A stretch of DNA of 64,000 nucleotides from an uncultured Dehalococcoidia bacterium (lineage in GTDB: Bacteria; Chloroflexota; Dehalococcoidia; UBA2247; RBG-13-53-26), in assembly GCA_964475375.1 (NCBI GenBank), contig CAYYWI010000003.1, positions 1,719-65,718 on the forward strand, given 5' to 3'. Below the pieces are notes generated by a model. It ran no database searches. It was not told the DNA's origin and saw nothing but the letters and a program-made list of their open reading frames with translations. The stretch's first letter is position 1; each line of letters begins with the position of its first letter. Positions 9,948 through 19,302 of this stretch are shown in pieces. A program made the position numbers and the translations under genes.

Positions 9948-10055
9948 TCGGGAGGCACCATCCTTCGGCCCGGTGGTAACATGGCGTTGTCTCCAGGCTC
10001 TGCCGTTCACCCCCTTCATCCCCCCACTGGGGATGGAGATAAGAGGGGAATCTGA

Positions 10056-10093
10056 GGGACACCCCCAGACCCCCGGCAGCGTTCCGCTGCACC
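10056..10093. repeat. Family B intergenic element, copy 2
   Basis: GGGACACCCCCAGACCCCCGGC followed by hairpin GCAGCG-TTC-CGCTGC then ACCG. The hairpin sequence differs from the other copies but stays complementary. Confidence 0.6.
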
Positions 10094-10226
10094 GTTATGC
10101 CACTCCATCTTCCTCGATGGCAGGGGACAGAGAGGTGAGGCGCAGCCCCCAAGCCCCGTCCGTTGGGAAAAGAGAAGGGGCCATGCTTTCGCGTGGCCCC
10201 TTGAAGCAACGAGTTTGATTCTCGAG

Positions 10227-11222
10227 CTATTCCTTCAGCAGTTCCTTGACCTTCGCAGTGAAGGCCGGCAGAGCCTGCTTCCAGTCGCCGACGATCCCGA
10301 ATCGAGCCTCTCGGAAGATGTTGGACTCGGGGTCTTTGTTGATGGCGACGATGGTCTTCGATCCGGAGCAGCCGGCCATGTGCTGGCTGGAGCCGGAGAG
10401 TGCGATTGCGATGTATAGTTCGGGAGCCACGATCTTGCCGGTCAAACCGACCTGGATGCTGGCGGGCACCCAGCCATTGTCCACTGCGGGTCTGGTGGCG
10501 CCAACAGCACCCTTGAACAGCTTCGCCAGCTCTTCGAGCTGCTTGAAGCCCTCGGGGCTTCCGATGCCGCGACCGCCAGCGATGACCGCCGGAGCATCCT
10601 CCAGCTTCACACCAGCGACCTCTTCCTTGACCTTCTTCACAAACTTGGTCTTGATCTTGGCCGCATCAATGCCGGACGGCACATCAACCACTTCACCCGT
10701 CTTCGCGGCATCGCGCGGGAGAGCAGTCATGGCCTTTGCGCGGACGGTAGCCATCTGCGGCAGGGCTTCGGTGGTGAAGATGGCTCTGGCATTGCCACCG
10801 TAGACCGGCCTGGTCTGGACGAGCAGCTTGTTGGCATCGACATCCAGGTCAACGCAGTCCATCGAAATGGCCGTGTTGAACCGGAAGGCCAGCCTTGGGG
10901 CCAGGTCGCGGCCCATGGTGCTCTGGCCGAACAGGACGATCCGGGGATTGGCCTGCTTGATCACGTTCTCTGCGGCCGTGACATAAGCATCGCTCTGGTA
11001 ATCCTTCAGATTGGCGTCATCAACCACGAACACCTTGCTGGCCCCGAAAGCGATGGCCTCGGCGGCCAAACCCTTGATGCCACTGCCCAGTAGAGCGGCG
11101 CAGAGCGGCTCACCCAGCTTGTCGGCCAGTTTCTTGCCAGCGCCAAGCATTTCTGCGGTAATGGCGGCGAGTTTACCCTCGACGATATCTCCAACAACTA
11201 GTACGCCTTTGTTGTCTGCCAT
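10227..11222 (-). CDS. etfA: electron transfer flavoprotein subunit alpha
   Basis: Full-length similarity to EtfA including the C-terminal FAD-binding region ([11 protein letters not shown]). Confidence 0.92.
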   Translation of the reverse strand: MADNKGVLVVGDIVEGKLAAITAEMLGAGKKLADKLGEPLCAALLGSGIKGLAAEAIAFGASKVFVVDDANLKDYQSDAYVTAAENVIKQANPRIVLFGQSTMGRDLAPRLAFRFNTAISMDCVDLDVDANKLLVQTRPVYGGNARAIFTTEALPQMATVRAKAMTALPRDAAKTGEVVDVPSGIDAAKIKTKFVKKVKEEVAGVKLEDAPAVIAGGRGIGSPEGFKQLEELAKLFKGAVGATRPAVDNGWVPASIQVGLTGKIVAPELYIAIALSGSSQHMAGCSGSKTIVAINKDPESNIFREARFGIVGDWKQALPAFTAKVKELLKE

Positions 11223-11232
11223 TCGTTCCTCC

Positions 11233-11400
11233 TTAAGTCGTTATCCTCTCTGAACCACTTTCCTCGGTTGGTGTCTGTCCTTCAGCCTCTGCAGGTTCCG
11301 GCACGTCAGCACAGGTAAGCTGGTCGAGGATCTTCTCGGCCTCTGCCGAGCCAGGCGCTCCGCTAGCCTTCATCCTGGCTATCAACTGATCGATTTGCAT
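11233..11400 (-). CDS. small hypothetical ORF (55 aa) between etfB and etfA
   Basis: ATG..TAA frame MQIDQLIARMKASGAPGSAEAEKILDQLTCADVPEPAEAEGQTPTEESGSERITT, read by hand on the minus strand; too short to appear in the ORF track. It fills the 235-nt etfB-etfA gap. No known domain. Confidence 0.25.
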   Translation of the reverse strand: MQIDQLIARMKASGAPGSAEAEKILDQLTCADVPEPAEAEGQTPTEESGSERITT

Positions 11401-11457
11401 TCCGCACGGCATTCCTGTAAGTCTCCTGCCCTCGACGCTTTCTGCCGACTCCTCTTC

Positions 11458-12261
11458 CTACAGGACCTTGGCCTCTCTCAGGCGGGCGGCCAGCTTGGCA
11501 GCAGCATCGGCTACATTCTCGCCCTCGACGATTTCGCACTTGCCCTCTTTGACCGGCTGGAAGAGCTTGACCAGCTTGGTTCGTCTGCCCTTGGCGCCGA
11601 TCTTGGCGGGATCGAGGCCGACATCGGCCGGCTTCCAGATAGTGGGCTGGATCTTGGCGGCCTTCATGATGCCCTTGAGCGGCGCATAGCGAGGCTCACC
11701 GAGTTCGTTGGTGACTGTGATAAGACAAGGCAGCGGAGCTTCGACGACTTCAAAGCCGTCGGCAACCACTCTCTCGACCTGCACCTTGCCGTCCATGACC
11801 GTGACCTTCTTGGCCAGGGTGATGCAGGGCAATCCCAGTATCTCAGCTATGCCGAGGCCAACCTGACCGGCGTCCCAGTCAGCGGCCTGGCGTCCGCAGA
11901 AGATGATGTCGAATTTGCCGATCTTCTTGATGGCCGCAGCCAGGGCGGTGGCGGTGGAGAAGCTATCGCCATCCTCGTAGGCTGGGTCTTCCAGAAGGAC
12001 CAGCGTGTCAGCGCCCATGGCCAAGGGCTTCTTGACGACGTCCCTTACCAGGTTGTTGCCCAAGCTGAGGACGGTCACCTTGCTGCCCGCTTTGGCATCC
12101 TTGACCTTGAGGGCTGCTTCCACAGCGGTCTCGTCGAAGGTGCTGACTACGGGGGCGACTCCGGGCGGGGGAACAACCTTGTTAGTGGCGGCATCAACTT
12201 TGAAACTGGCGGGAGGTGCTTCCGGATCGGGTACTTGCTTTACACAGACGATCAACTCCAT
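11458..12261 (-). CDS. etfB: electron transfer flavoprotein subunit beta
   Basis: MELIVCVKQVPD... is the typical EtfB N-terminus. Confidence 0.92.
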   Translation of the reverse strand: MELIVCVKQVPDPEAPPASFKVDAATNKVVPPPGVAPVVSTFDETAVEAALKVKDAKAGSKVTVLSLGNNLVRDVVKKPLAMGADTLVLLEDPAYEDGDSFSTATALAAAIKKIGKFDIIFCGRQAADWDAGQVGLGIAEILGLPCITLAKKVTVMDGKVQVERVVADGFEVVEAPLPCLITVTNELGEPRYAPLKGIMKAAKIQPTIWKPADVGLDPAKIGAKGRRTKLVKLFQPVKEGKCEIVEGENVADAAAKLAARLREAKVL

Positions 12262-12418
12262 AAACGACGTCCTCCTTTAGGTGGTCGATACAAATAGAGA
12301 TTTGTGTACAACAAACCAACCTAAAATTTAGCATTCAGCGTTGTTTACTGTCAAACAGACGCTGTGAGATACCCAAGACATGCTATGCAGTTTCAGCGGC
12401 TTAGACTTGCCGAGGCGG

Positions 12419-12745
12419 CTACCTGCGCACTGGAGAGGGAGCGAACAGGCCAACCAGAGCGCCCACAGAAGCCGAGCCCAAAGCTACCAATACCTCGGGG
12501 GTAGCTTTGTCTATGGCCACAAGCACAACAGAGCCAATGGCCGCAACCAGCGCCAGGATGCCGAGCACACAGACGGCGATACGGTAGAGCATCAAGTCAT
12601 CGGTCCAGGGCTGGGTATTCTCCTTGGCTTCATCTCGTATCTTCTCAAGCACGGGAATAGGGTCTGCCTTCATCTTGTCCACCAACTCCTTGTCCGCCTT
12701 GAGGAGTCTTACCATTTCATCTGCTGAACGTGTTTCTGGTTTCAT
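12419..12745 (-). CDS. small hypothetical membrane protein
   Basis: Charged N-terminal helix followed by a C-terminal TM segment (IAVCVLGILALVAAIGSVVLVAI). ATG at 12745 preferred over TTG at 12757 because of SD spacing. Confidence 0.5.
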   Translation of the reverse strand: MKPETRSADEMVRLLKADKELVDKMKADPIPVLEKIRDEAKENTQPWTDDLMLYRIAVCVLGILALVAAIGSVVLVAIDKATPEVLVALGSASVGALVGLFAPSPVRR

Positions 12746-12835
12746 TCTTCGGTCCAACCTCTTTCTTTGAATCTTTGCTGATTCTGCTTCCAGAGGACCT
12801 GCACCTTTGTGGCAAAGACATAAGCTTATTCTCGA

Positions 12836-15800
12836 CTAGATGGATTTACCACGACTGCGGTTCTGCAAGAGATCCCAGATATCGGAGGGAATGCCGATGC
12901 GTCGGTGGATAATCATATCACGAAGGAAAGTGGCATCACCCGGAGAGAGATTTATCGTCCAGACTTTCAATTTCTCCTCATTGGAGATCAAGCTCATGCG
13001 GATGCAGTTCAACTTATAGCGGTCATGACGATAGGTGGTGAGCAAGTCGCCAATCTCGTCTGCTGACATCGCCAGCAACCGGGATTGTGGATACTCGGGG
13101 TCCGGTGTCGGAGGTTTGTAGGAATCCCCGTGAATCGACTTCATCAGCGCTTGCCACGATTCTTCGGGCAGATGCAGCCTCGATCTCCGTATAGCCGGCA
13201 CCAGCCCGATGATGTTGTAGGGGGCAATGTTATGCAGACGAGCCTCGAAGGTCGGCAAGTCCAGCCGACCCCAGGTTCTCTCCAGCAAGGTACGGGCATC
13301 TTCTTTGTGATTCATTCGGCAAAGGCACATGAGCAGCACTCCCTGATCGTTCGGTGACGACTCAAACAGCGTGGCGACGAATAGCTCTCGATGCAGTAGA
13401 TCGGCGATCGCATTTTGGAGTTCCTTGTTCAGGCCCGCTCCGCCCAGATAGTCCAGGAAGGTGACCAGGCGGTTTGGCGGCATGCGCGCCAGCCGATCAT
13501 TGAATTCCACCATTGCCAGGAGGCGGCGAACGATGCCTGCACCAGCGAGTTCCCCGTTGCTCGCCTTGATCTGCCTGATGTCCAGATACTTCAGAAAGTT
13601 GACCACCACTTCACCCGCCGGGGAACGTGCCAGTGTTTGTGCGAACTGGTCGAGCGCCAGCAGGTGGTGAACGATGCCCGTGCTGACCAACTCTCCGTTG
13701 TCTGCCTTGATCTGCCTGATGTCCAGATACTTCAGGAAGTTGACCACGGAGAGCAGCGGCGTACGCGCCAGCGCTTGTGTGAACTGGTCGAGCGCCAGCA
13801 GGTGGCGAACGATGCCCGTGCTGATGAACTCTCCATTGTCTGCTTTGATCTGCCTGATATCCAAGTACCTCAGGAAGTTGACCACCTCCCCCGCCGGGGA
13901 ACGTGCCAGTGCTTGTACGAACTGGTCAAGTGCCAGCAGGCGGTGAACGATGCCCGTGCTGACAAGCTCTCCGTTGCCCGCCTTGATCTGCCTGCTGTCC
14001 AGATACTTCAGGAAGTTGGCCACCGCTGCCGCCGGTGAATGCGCCAGCGTCTGCGCGAACTGGTCGAGCGCCAGCAGGTGGTGAACAATGCCTGTGCTGA
14101 CAAGCTCTCCATTGTCCGCCTTGATTTGCTTGCCGTCCAGATACCTCAGGAAGTCCGCCACGTAGTTCGGCGGTACACGTACCAGATTGTTGAGAAGCAC
14201 AATGTAACCCGTGCCTGATTGCAGGGCGCACAGGCGCTGCCAGCTCCAAGGTATATCCCCTCTCTTGAGACTTCTTGCCGTATGGGGCGGCGCATTGCAC
14301 AGCGCGCGCTCCACAAGGCCATCTTCGTTCATCACTGCCTGAGACCATTGATCATGGCTCATCAGCTCGTTGTAGTCACCGGAAGCCAGACGGTAGTTCA
14401 CCAATCCCACCATGAATGGATAGCGTCGGCAGACTGCGAGGACGTGGCTGAGCCACAGACTGCTGAACTGCCGGTCATCAAAGCCACTCTGAGCTTGCAG
14501 TATGAGCTCTCCCAGGCTGGGATGGAACAACCGACAGTAGAGTCTCGGGCTGTTGCCTCGTATAGGAGCCCGCAGCACCGTGCCATTGGCGGTGAACTCG
14601 GGGAGGAGGGTTTCGATGCTCTGGCCCCAGATGGCGTTGTCCTCCGCATCCAGATCCAGGCTGCCAAGAACGCAGAGCTCGGAGAAGCATTTCCTTTGCC
14701 CCGGTGCTCTGTCCGCCGGTATCAGATAGCGCTGCTGCACCATGGACGTGATTGAACTGCGGCTCAGTGTCCCCGGGTTCCTGGGGTCAAAGGCGGTAGC
14801 GAATACCGCCAAGTCCCCACCACACTGTTTGACCCAACGGCGAGCCGAACCCGAGGCCACTTCACGATCTATCCCAAGGCGTTGGGTAAGCCTTCGGGCT
14901 ACGCATCGGAAGGCCTCCTCGGTCGCCCTCAGTTCCGTTATCTTGAGGGACTCCTCGTCGTAGAGACTGTTTCGATCAGTCACTCTGTGTTCGGAAAGAC
15001 GTCCAAGCAGCAACACATGTACCTGCATCCCTTGAGCACGGAGCGCTTGAGTGCGCTTCAGCAGGCGATGTGCCAGTTGCTGGTCGATATGCACATTGTC
15101 AAGGATCAGTAGCAGCGGCTGCTGCGTGGTGCGGACGAACCACTCGATGTCGCTGCGGGCATTTTCGAACGATTGAGCGCCGTGGAGATCGAGTTCCTTC
15201 AGATCCAGGAAGAGGCTCCGGCCATTCATCTCTGCCGCCCATTCAAATGCTACGGCCAAACCAAAGACGGTTTTGCCGCAGCCGCGTGCGCCTCTGACCC
15301 ACACATCGTTTGAAGCTTTGAGCAGAGAGAGCACCTCCTCGCGCTCGGTCTTCGGCAAGTAGACCTTGCGACCGGCAAACTCCTCGTACGAGGGGCTATG
15401 GGCGTTTCTGCCACCCATGCTAGCCCGAACCCAATCGGACAGGTCGGTTAAGATATGCAGTCCCGGCAGCCGTTCAGCGTGTTGGCACTCTCGCAGGAAC
15501 ATGCTCTGATCTTTCTGCTGCCACTCGGTGCCCGTCCATTCACAGACCATGCCGGTGTGGGGTCTGACGGGCAGATTCGGTCCTGCGCTTTTGATCACAT
15601 CCTCCGCTGGAGGCAGTGAGAAACACAGCAGCCATTCCCCTCGAGCAGAAAGCCGGAGGCGTTGAGCATAGTGTCCGAGGGATGGTGCATCTCTCACCAT
15701 TTCCCCGGTGCTTGGATCTTTGAGAACGGAAGCCAAAGTCCTCTCCCAAAGGCCCAATGCCGGGAGTTCGCTCTTGAACGGGCAGGTCACCAGCCAGCTG

Positions 15801-16708
15801 TGCCCGGCCTGCACCGCTTTGCTCTCCACATTGATATGAGCCACATTCGGGCTGACCACCCTCATCGTCTGTGTCTCAACCTGGGCATGGTGATACAGAT
15901 CCACGACAGCGCGCTGGAAGTTGTAATCGAGCGGTTCGTTATTGCATTGAGGGAGCAGTAGATAGTGAATCCCCCCATGCCCGGCTCGGGCATCCTGCAG
16001 CAGGTCGCTGATGAAGAGGCTCTTTCCTCCAGGTTGGGCGATCAGGTCGTAGCAAATGCTGGTCATGACATTGTGATCACCGATCTGGAGCACGTAGGTG
16101 AATCGGCCTTGCAGAAACCTCCCGCGACCCGGCTGTCGCTCCAATGGGTATGGATACCGCTTGGGTTGGAAGAAATACTGACCCGGAGCATCCGGCATGG
16201 CTGGATTGCAGGCCAGCAGGACAGCGACATTGACGAACGCGGTCGATTCCGATGCCGGGGGGACGAGGGCGAAAAGGCGCTGGCAGCCATCCGGTCCGGT
16301 GAGAGACCGATCGCCCGAAGCCAGGTTCTTGTTGTTGGACAGATCATCTCTCAACAGTTTCCTGAAGCGCGAAAAGCGGAGATACTCAACAGGGAGGCAG
16401 ATCAGACATGCTCCGGTTTCTGCAGGACGCGCGCGGACAAGCCCCCAGGCAAGCTCCATCAATTCCGGAAGCGAATCGGCCGGCACTGATATCTCCGGCA
16501 GCACGACTATGTTGGCCCAATGATCACGGATGGCGGTCGTCAATGCCTTGGAAAGCTTCATTGTGTGGGCGGATACGTCAGACAGACAGGATGGAGCACC
16601 GTCAGGTCCTCGCGCCGTCAGTGACACCGCAACCTGGACAGCCGCAACCCTGTGTTCTTCAGAGGGGAAGCTGCAGTTTTCGATTCTAAAGGCCGCAAGG
16701 CTGCTCAT
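12836..16708 (-). CDS. giant multidomain protein: N-terminal C-N hydrolase (nitrilase-superfamily) domain + central STAND/NLR-like P-loop NTPase + C-terminal 43-aa tandem repeats
   Basis: The N-terminal domain carries the nitrilase E-K-C triad pattern (VAAVQVAV; IVVLPEI; QPKRYPYPLE; TSICYDLIAQPG). A Walker A (VWVRGARGCGKTV) and Walker B (LLLILDNVH) follow. Then come 5 near-identical repeats of the form VNFLKYLDIRQIKADNGELVSTGIVHHLLALDQFAQTLARSPAGEV. Confidence 0.8.
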   Translation of the reverse strand: MSSLAAFRIENCSFPSEEHRVAAVQVAVSLTARGPDGAPSCLSDVSAHTMKLSKALTTAIRDHWANIVVLPEISVPADSLPELMELAWGLVRARPAETGACLICLPVEYLRFSRFRKLLRDDLSNNKNLASGDRSLTGPDGCQRLFALVPPASESTAFVNVAVLLACNPAMPDAPGQYFFQPKRYPYPLERQPGRGRFLQGRFTYVLQIGDHNVMTSICYDLIAQPGGKSLFISDLLQDARAGHGGIHYLLLPQCNNEPLDYNFQRAVVDLYHHAQVETQTMRVVSPNVAHINVESKAVQAGHSWLVTCPFKSELPALGLWERTLASVLKDPSTGEMVRDAPSLGHYAQRLRLSARGEWLLCFSLPPAEDVIKSAGPNLPVRPHTGMVCEWTGTEWQQKDQSMFLRECQHAERLPGLHILTDLSDWVRASMGGRNAHSPSYEEFAGRKVYLPKTEREEVLSLLKASNDVWVRGARGCGKTVFGLAVAFEWAAEMNGRSLFLDLKELDLHGAQSFENARSDIEWFVRTTQQPLLLILDNVHIDQQLAHRLLKRTQALRAQGMQVHVLLLGRLSEHRVTDRNSLYDEESLKITELRATEEAFRCVARRLTQRLGIDREVASGSARRWVKQCGGDLAVFATAFDPRNPGTLSRSSITSMVQQRYLIPADRAPGQRKCFSELCVLGSLDLDAEDNAIWGQSIETLLPEFTANGTVLRAPIRGNSPRLYCRLFHPSLGELILQAQSGFDDRQFSSLWLSHVLAVCRRYPFMVGLVNYRLASGDYNELMSHDQWSQAVMNEDGLVERALCNAPPHTARSLKRGDIPWSWQRLCALQSGTGYIVLLNNLVRVPPNYVADFLRYLDGKQIKADNGELVSTGIVHHLLALDQFAQTLAHSPAAAVANFLKYLDSRQIKAGNGELVSTGIVHRLLALDQFVQALARSPAGEVVNFLRYLDIRQIKADNGEFISTGIVRHLLALDQFTQALARTPLLSVVNFLKYLDIRQIKADNGELVSTGIVHHLLALDQFAQTLARSPAGEVVVNFLKYLDIRQIKASNGELAGAGIVRRLLAMVEFNDRLARMPPNRLVTFLDYLGGAGLNKELQNAIADLLHRELFVATLFESSPNDQGVLLMCLCRMNHKEDARTLLERTWGRLDLPTFEARLHNIAPYNIIGLVPAIRRSRLHLPEESWQALMKSIHGDSYKPPTPDPEYPQSRLLAMSADEIGDLLTTYRHDRYKLNCIRMSLISNEEKLKVWTINLSPGDATFLRDMIIHRRIGIPSDIWDLLQNRSRGKSI
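13542..14190. repeat. Five tandem, near-identical 129-bp repeats inside the giant CDS (encode the 43-aa repeats)
   Basis: Period 129 nt; units start about 13542, 13671, 13801, 13930 and 14059. The core GATGCCCGTGCTGAC..CTTGATCTGCCTGATGTCCAGATACTTCAGGAAGTTGACCAC is conserved across units. Confidence 0.85.
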
Positions 16709-16958
16709 TCCGGGATACCAACTGCTATAACGTCCAAGCTCTTGATTGACCGAGACTTGGCTTTCAATATCAGGCTATACATTGCTATGCGCATCCTACG
16801 ATATCGTCTACGAGGAAGTCAAATAATGACCGATCAAACCGGTTGCGCCGTCATTGCAGTGATCCCTGGTTCGGCCTACCCGGGAGTCACCAACCCTATA
16901 AATTGAACACCCAACGTGGGGTATGCCATAATAGAAAGTCATCCGGAGGATTGGGCTA

Positions 16959-17336
16959 TTGTTGTGTAGAGGAATCAGGGGAGCAACCGTGGCGACGGCC
17001 AACACCAAAGAGGATATTCTGTTGGCCACACGGGAACTGCTGGCTAGGATCGTGGAAGCCAATCAGGTGGACAAGCAGAGTGTGGCCTGCATGTTTTTCA
17101 GCACCAGTCCCGATCTCAACGCAGAGTTCCCCGCGCTGGCGGCGCGCCAGTTGGGCTGGACCGAGACGGCCTTGATGTGCAGCCAGGAGATCCCCGTTCC
17201 CGGAGGCTTGCAGCGGTGTATCCGGGTCATGGTTCTTTTCAACACGGATAAGAAGGCCGAAGAGATCAAGCATGTGTACATCAGGGGCGCTGAGGTGCTG
17301 AGGGATTTTCAGGGGGGACGAGGGAAGCAGACATGA
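16959..17336 (+). CDS. aroH: chorismate mutase, AroH class (monofunctional)
   Basis: MLCRGIRGATVA...CIRVMVLFNTD matches the B. subtilis AroH pattern (MMIRGIRGATT...CIRVMM). TTG start with GGAGGA 10 nt upstream. The gene overlaps the DAHP synthase start. Confidence 0.8.
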   Translation: MLCRGIRGATVATANTKEDILLATRELLARIVEANQVDKQSVACMFFSTSPDLNAEFPALAARQLGWTETALMCSQEIPVPGGLQRCIRVMVLFNTDKKAEEIKHVYIRGAEVLRDFQGGRGKQT

Positions 17337-18364
17337 TTGTGGTAATGAAGACGGGTTCACAGGCCAAAGAGATAGATATCGTCATGGATCGCCTGCACAG
17401 CCTGGGCTTGCAGGGGCATTTGTCCACGGGCGTGGAACGCACTGTCATAGGTGTTGTCGGCGTTATCTCGACCATCCCGGATCTGCGTGAGAGACTGGAG
17501 CTCGTCCCCGGTGTTGAAGAGGTGGTGCCCATCTCCAAGCCGTTCAAGCTCTCCAGCCGGGAGTTCAAGGCGGAGGACACGGTAATAGACGTCGGCGGGG
17601 TGAAGATAGGGGGCAAGGAACTGGTGGTGATGGCCGGTCCCTGTGCTGCGGAGACGCGGGACCAGGTGATGAGCACGGCGCGGGCGGTCAAGGCAGCCGG
17701 AGCCAGGATACTCCGGGGCGGCGCCTTCAAACCGAGCACTTCCCCGTATTCATTCCGCGGCTTGGGCGAAGAAGGACTGAAGCTGCTGGCCGAGGCCAAG
17801 CAGGAAAACGGCTTGCCTTTGATCACCGAGGTTCTCACGCCGCAAGACGTGGAACTGGTGGTCAAGTATGCGGACATCCTGCAGGTCGGCGCTCGCAACA
17901 TGCAGAATTTCACTCTCCTTGACGAGGTCGGACAAGCCGACAAGCCGGTGATGCTCAAGAGAGGGCTTTCGGCCACCATACAGGAATGGCTCCTGGCGGC
18001 GGAGTACATACTGGCGCAGGGGAACCGGCAACTGATACTCTGCGAGAGAGGCATCAGAACCTATGAGACGTACACCCGCAACACCATGGATGTGAGCTCA
18101 ATTCCCATTGTCCACAAGCTGAGCCATCTTCCCATCATAGCCGACCCCAGTCACGGTACTGGAAAGTGGTATCTGGTGGCACCGATGGCCATGGCCTCAG
18201 TAGCTGCCGGAGCCAACGGCTTGATGATCGAGGTTCATCCCACTCCGGACACAGCTCTGAAGGATGGCGCTCAGTCCCTTACCTTTGAGCACTTCGAGGA
18301 ACTGATGAAACGGGTGACTCCGATTGCCGCTGCTGTGGGGCGGACGGTGAATCAAACCAGGTAG
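17333..18364 (+). CDS. 3-deoxy-7-phosphoheptulonate (DAHP) synthase, class I-beta with N-terminal regulatory domain (paralog 1)
   Basis: KPRTSPYSFRGLG, GARNMQNF and IADPSHGTG motifs. About 60% identical to the second copy at 24514..25530. Confidence 0.9.
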   Translation: MIVVMKTGSQAKEIDIVMDRLHSLGLQGHLSTGVERTVIGVVGVISTIPDLRERLELVPGVEEVVPISKPFKLSSREFKAEDTVIDVGGVKIGGKELVVMAGPCAAETRDQVMSTARAVKAAGARILRGGAFKPSTSPYSFRGLGEEGLKLLAEAKQENGLPLITEVLTPQDVELVVKYADILQVGARNMQNFTLLDEVGQADKPVMLKRGLSATIQEWLLAAEYILAQGNRQLILCERGIRTYETYTRNTMDVSSIPIVHKLSHLPIIADPSHGTGKWYLVAPMAMASVAAGANGLMIEVHPTPDTALKDGAQSLTFEHFEELMKRVTPIAAAVGRTVNQTR

Positions 18365-18372
18365 AGGAACGC

Positions 18373-19302
18373 ATGAAGGTTGAGGAGGAGCTCCGGGAGT
18401 TCACGCCACAGCGTGATACTGTGCTCACCATCGGTGTATTCGACGGGGTTCACCTGGGCCACCAGCACCTCATGAACTATCTCAAGAGGCAAGCCATATC
18501 AGTCGACTGCATCCCCGGAGTGGTGACCTTCCGCAGCCATCCGCAGCATGTCATGTCACCCAGGACTCCGTTGTTTCGACTGGTGACTTTGGATGAGAGA
18601 GTCCGGCTGATCCGGCAGTTGGGCATCGATCTGGTGGTGCCGATCTCGTTTGACCTTGAAGTGGCCAAGGTCTCGGCTCGCGATTTCGTCGGCCTGCTGA
18701 AGAAGCACCTCAAGATGCGCGGTCTGGTGGTTGGACCGGACTTTGCGCTGGGCAAGGGGAGGGAAGGGGATGTGGTGGCCTTGCGGAAACTGGGGAAGGA
18801 AATGGATTTCTGGGTGGAGGTGGTTCCACCGGAGATAATAAACGGCGAAGTGATAAGCAGCACTTCGATCCGCCGGGCGCTGTCTAGTGGCGACATAGCA
18901 AAGGTAACCCGTCTGCTGGGCAGGCCGTTTGTGCTGCACGGCAGGATCGTTCATGGTGACGAGCGAGGCAAGCAACTGGGTTACCCGACCGCCAACCTGG
19001 CCTTTTCCAGAGGGCAAGCGCTGCCTGCAGATGGCGTATATGTCACCAAGGCCTACATTGGGCAGAATACCTATCCTTCGGTCACCAACATAGGCAAGCG
19101 GCCCACCTTTGGTAAAAATGAGCGGACCGTGGAAGTCTACCTCATCGGCTTCGCTGGTGAAGTCTACGGCGAGGACCTCAGAATAGAGTTGGTGGAGCGT
19201 TTGCGGGCCGAGAAGCGCTTCTCCAGTCCGGAGGAGCTGACGGCCCAGATCAGCCAGGATGTGGAAAAGGCAATTTCGATGTTGAAGAAGGTGGAGAGAT
19301 GA
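18373..19302 (+). CDS. ribF: bifunctional riboflavin kinase / FAD synthetase
   Basis: VLTIGVFDGVHLGHQ nucleotidyltransferase motif and a C-terminal riboflavin kinase domain (GYPTANL). Confidence 0.9.
   Translation: MKVEEELREFTPQRDTVLTIGVFDGVHLGHQHLMNYLKRQAISVDCIPGVVTFRSHPQHVMSPRTPLFRLVTLDERVRLIRQLGIDLVVPISFDLEVAKVSARDFVGLLKKHLKMRGLVVGPDFALGKGREGDVVALRKLGKEMDFWVEVVPPEIINGEVISSTSIRRALSSGDIAKVTRLLGRPFVLHGRIVHGDERGKQLGYPTANLAFSRGQALPADGVYVTKAYIGQNTYPSVTNIGKRPTFGKNERTVEVYLIGFAGEVYGEDLRIELVERLRAEKRFSSPEELTAQISQDVEKAISMLKKVER

Noticed and set aside
9760-10218. ORFs 9760..10218 (+) and 9862..10209 (-) in the EF-G/etfA spacer
   Set aside because: They overlap each other and the repeat modules (families B and D). 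Their translations are Pro/Gly/Arg-rich with no domain, so the region is better explained as non-coding structured DNA.
13542-14190. Periodic repeats considered as a possible CRISPR array
   Set aside because: The period is 129 nt with no alternating unique spacers, and the repeats are in-frame within a continuous 1290-aa ORF. They are protein-coding tandem repeats, not CRISPR.
16709-16958. Regulatory RNA in the 250-bp leader before aroH
   Set aside because: No recognisable riboswitch or leader-peptide (Phe/Tyr/Trp-rich) signature could be identified from sequence alone, so it is left unannotated.
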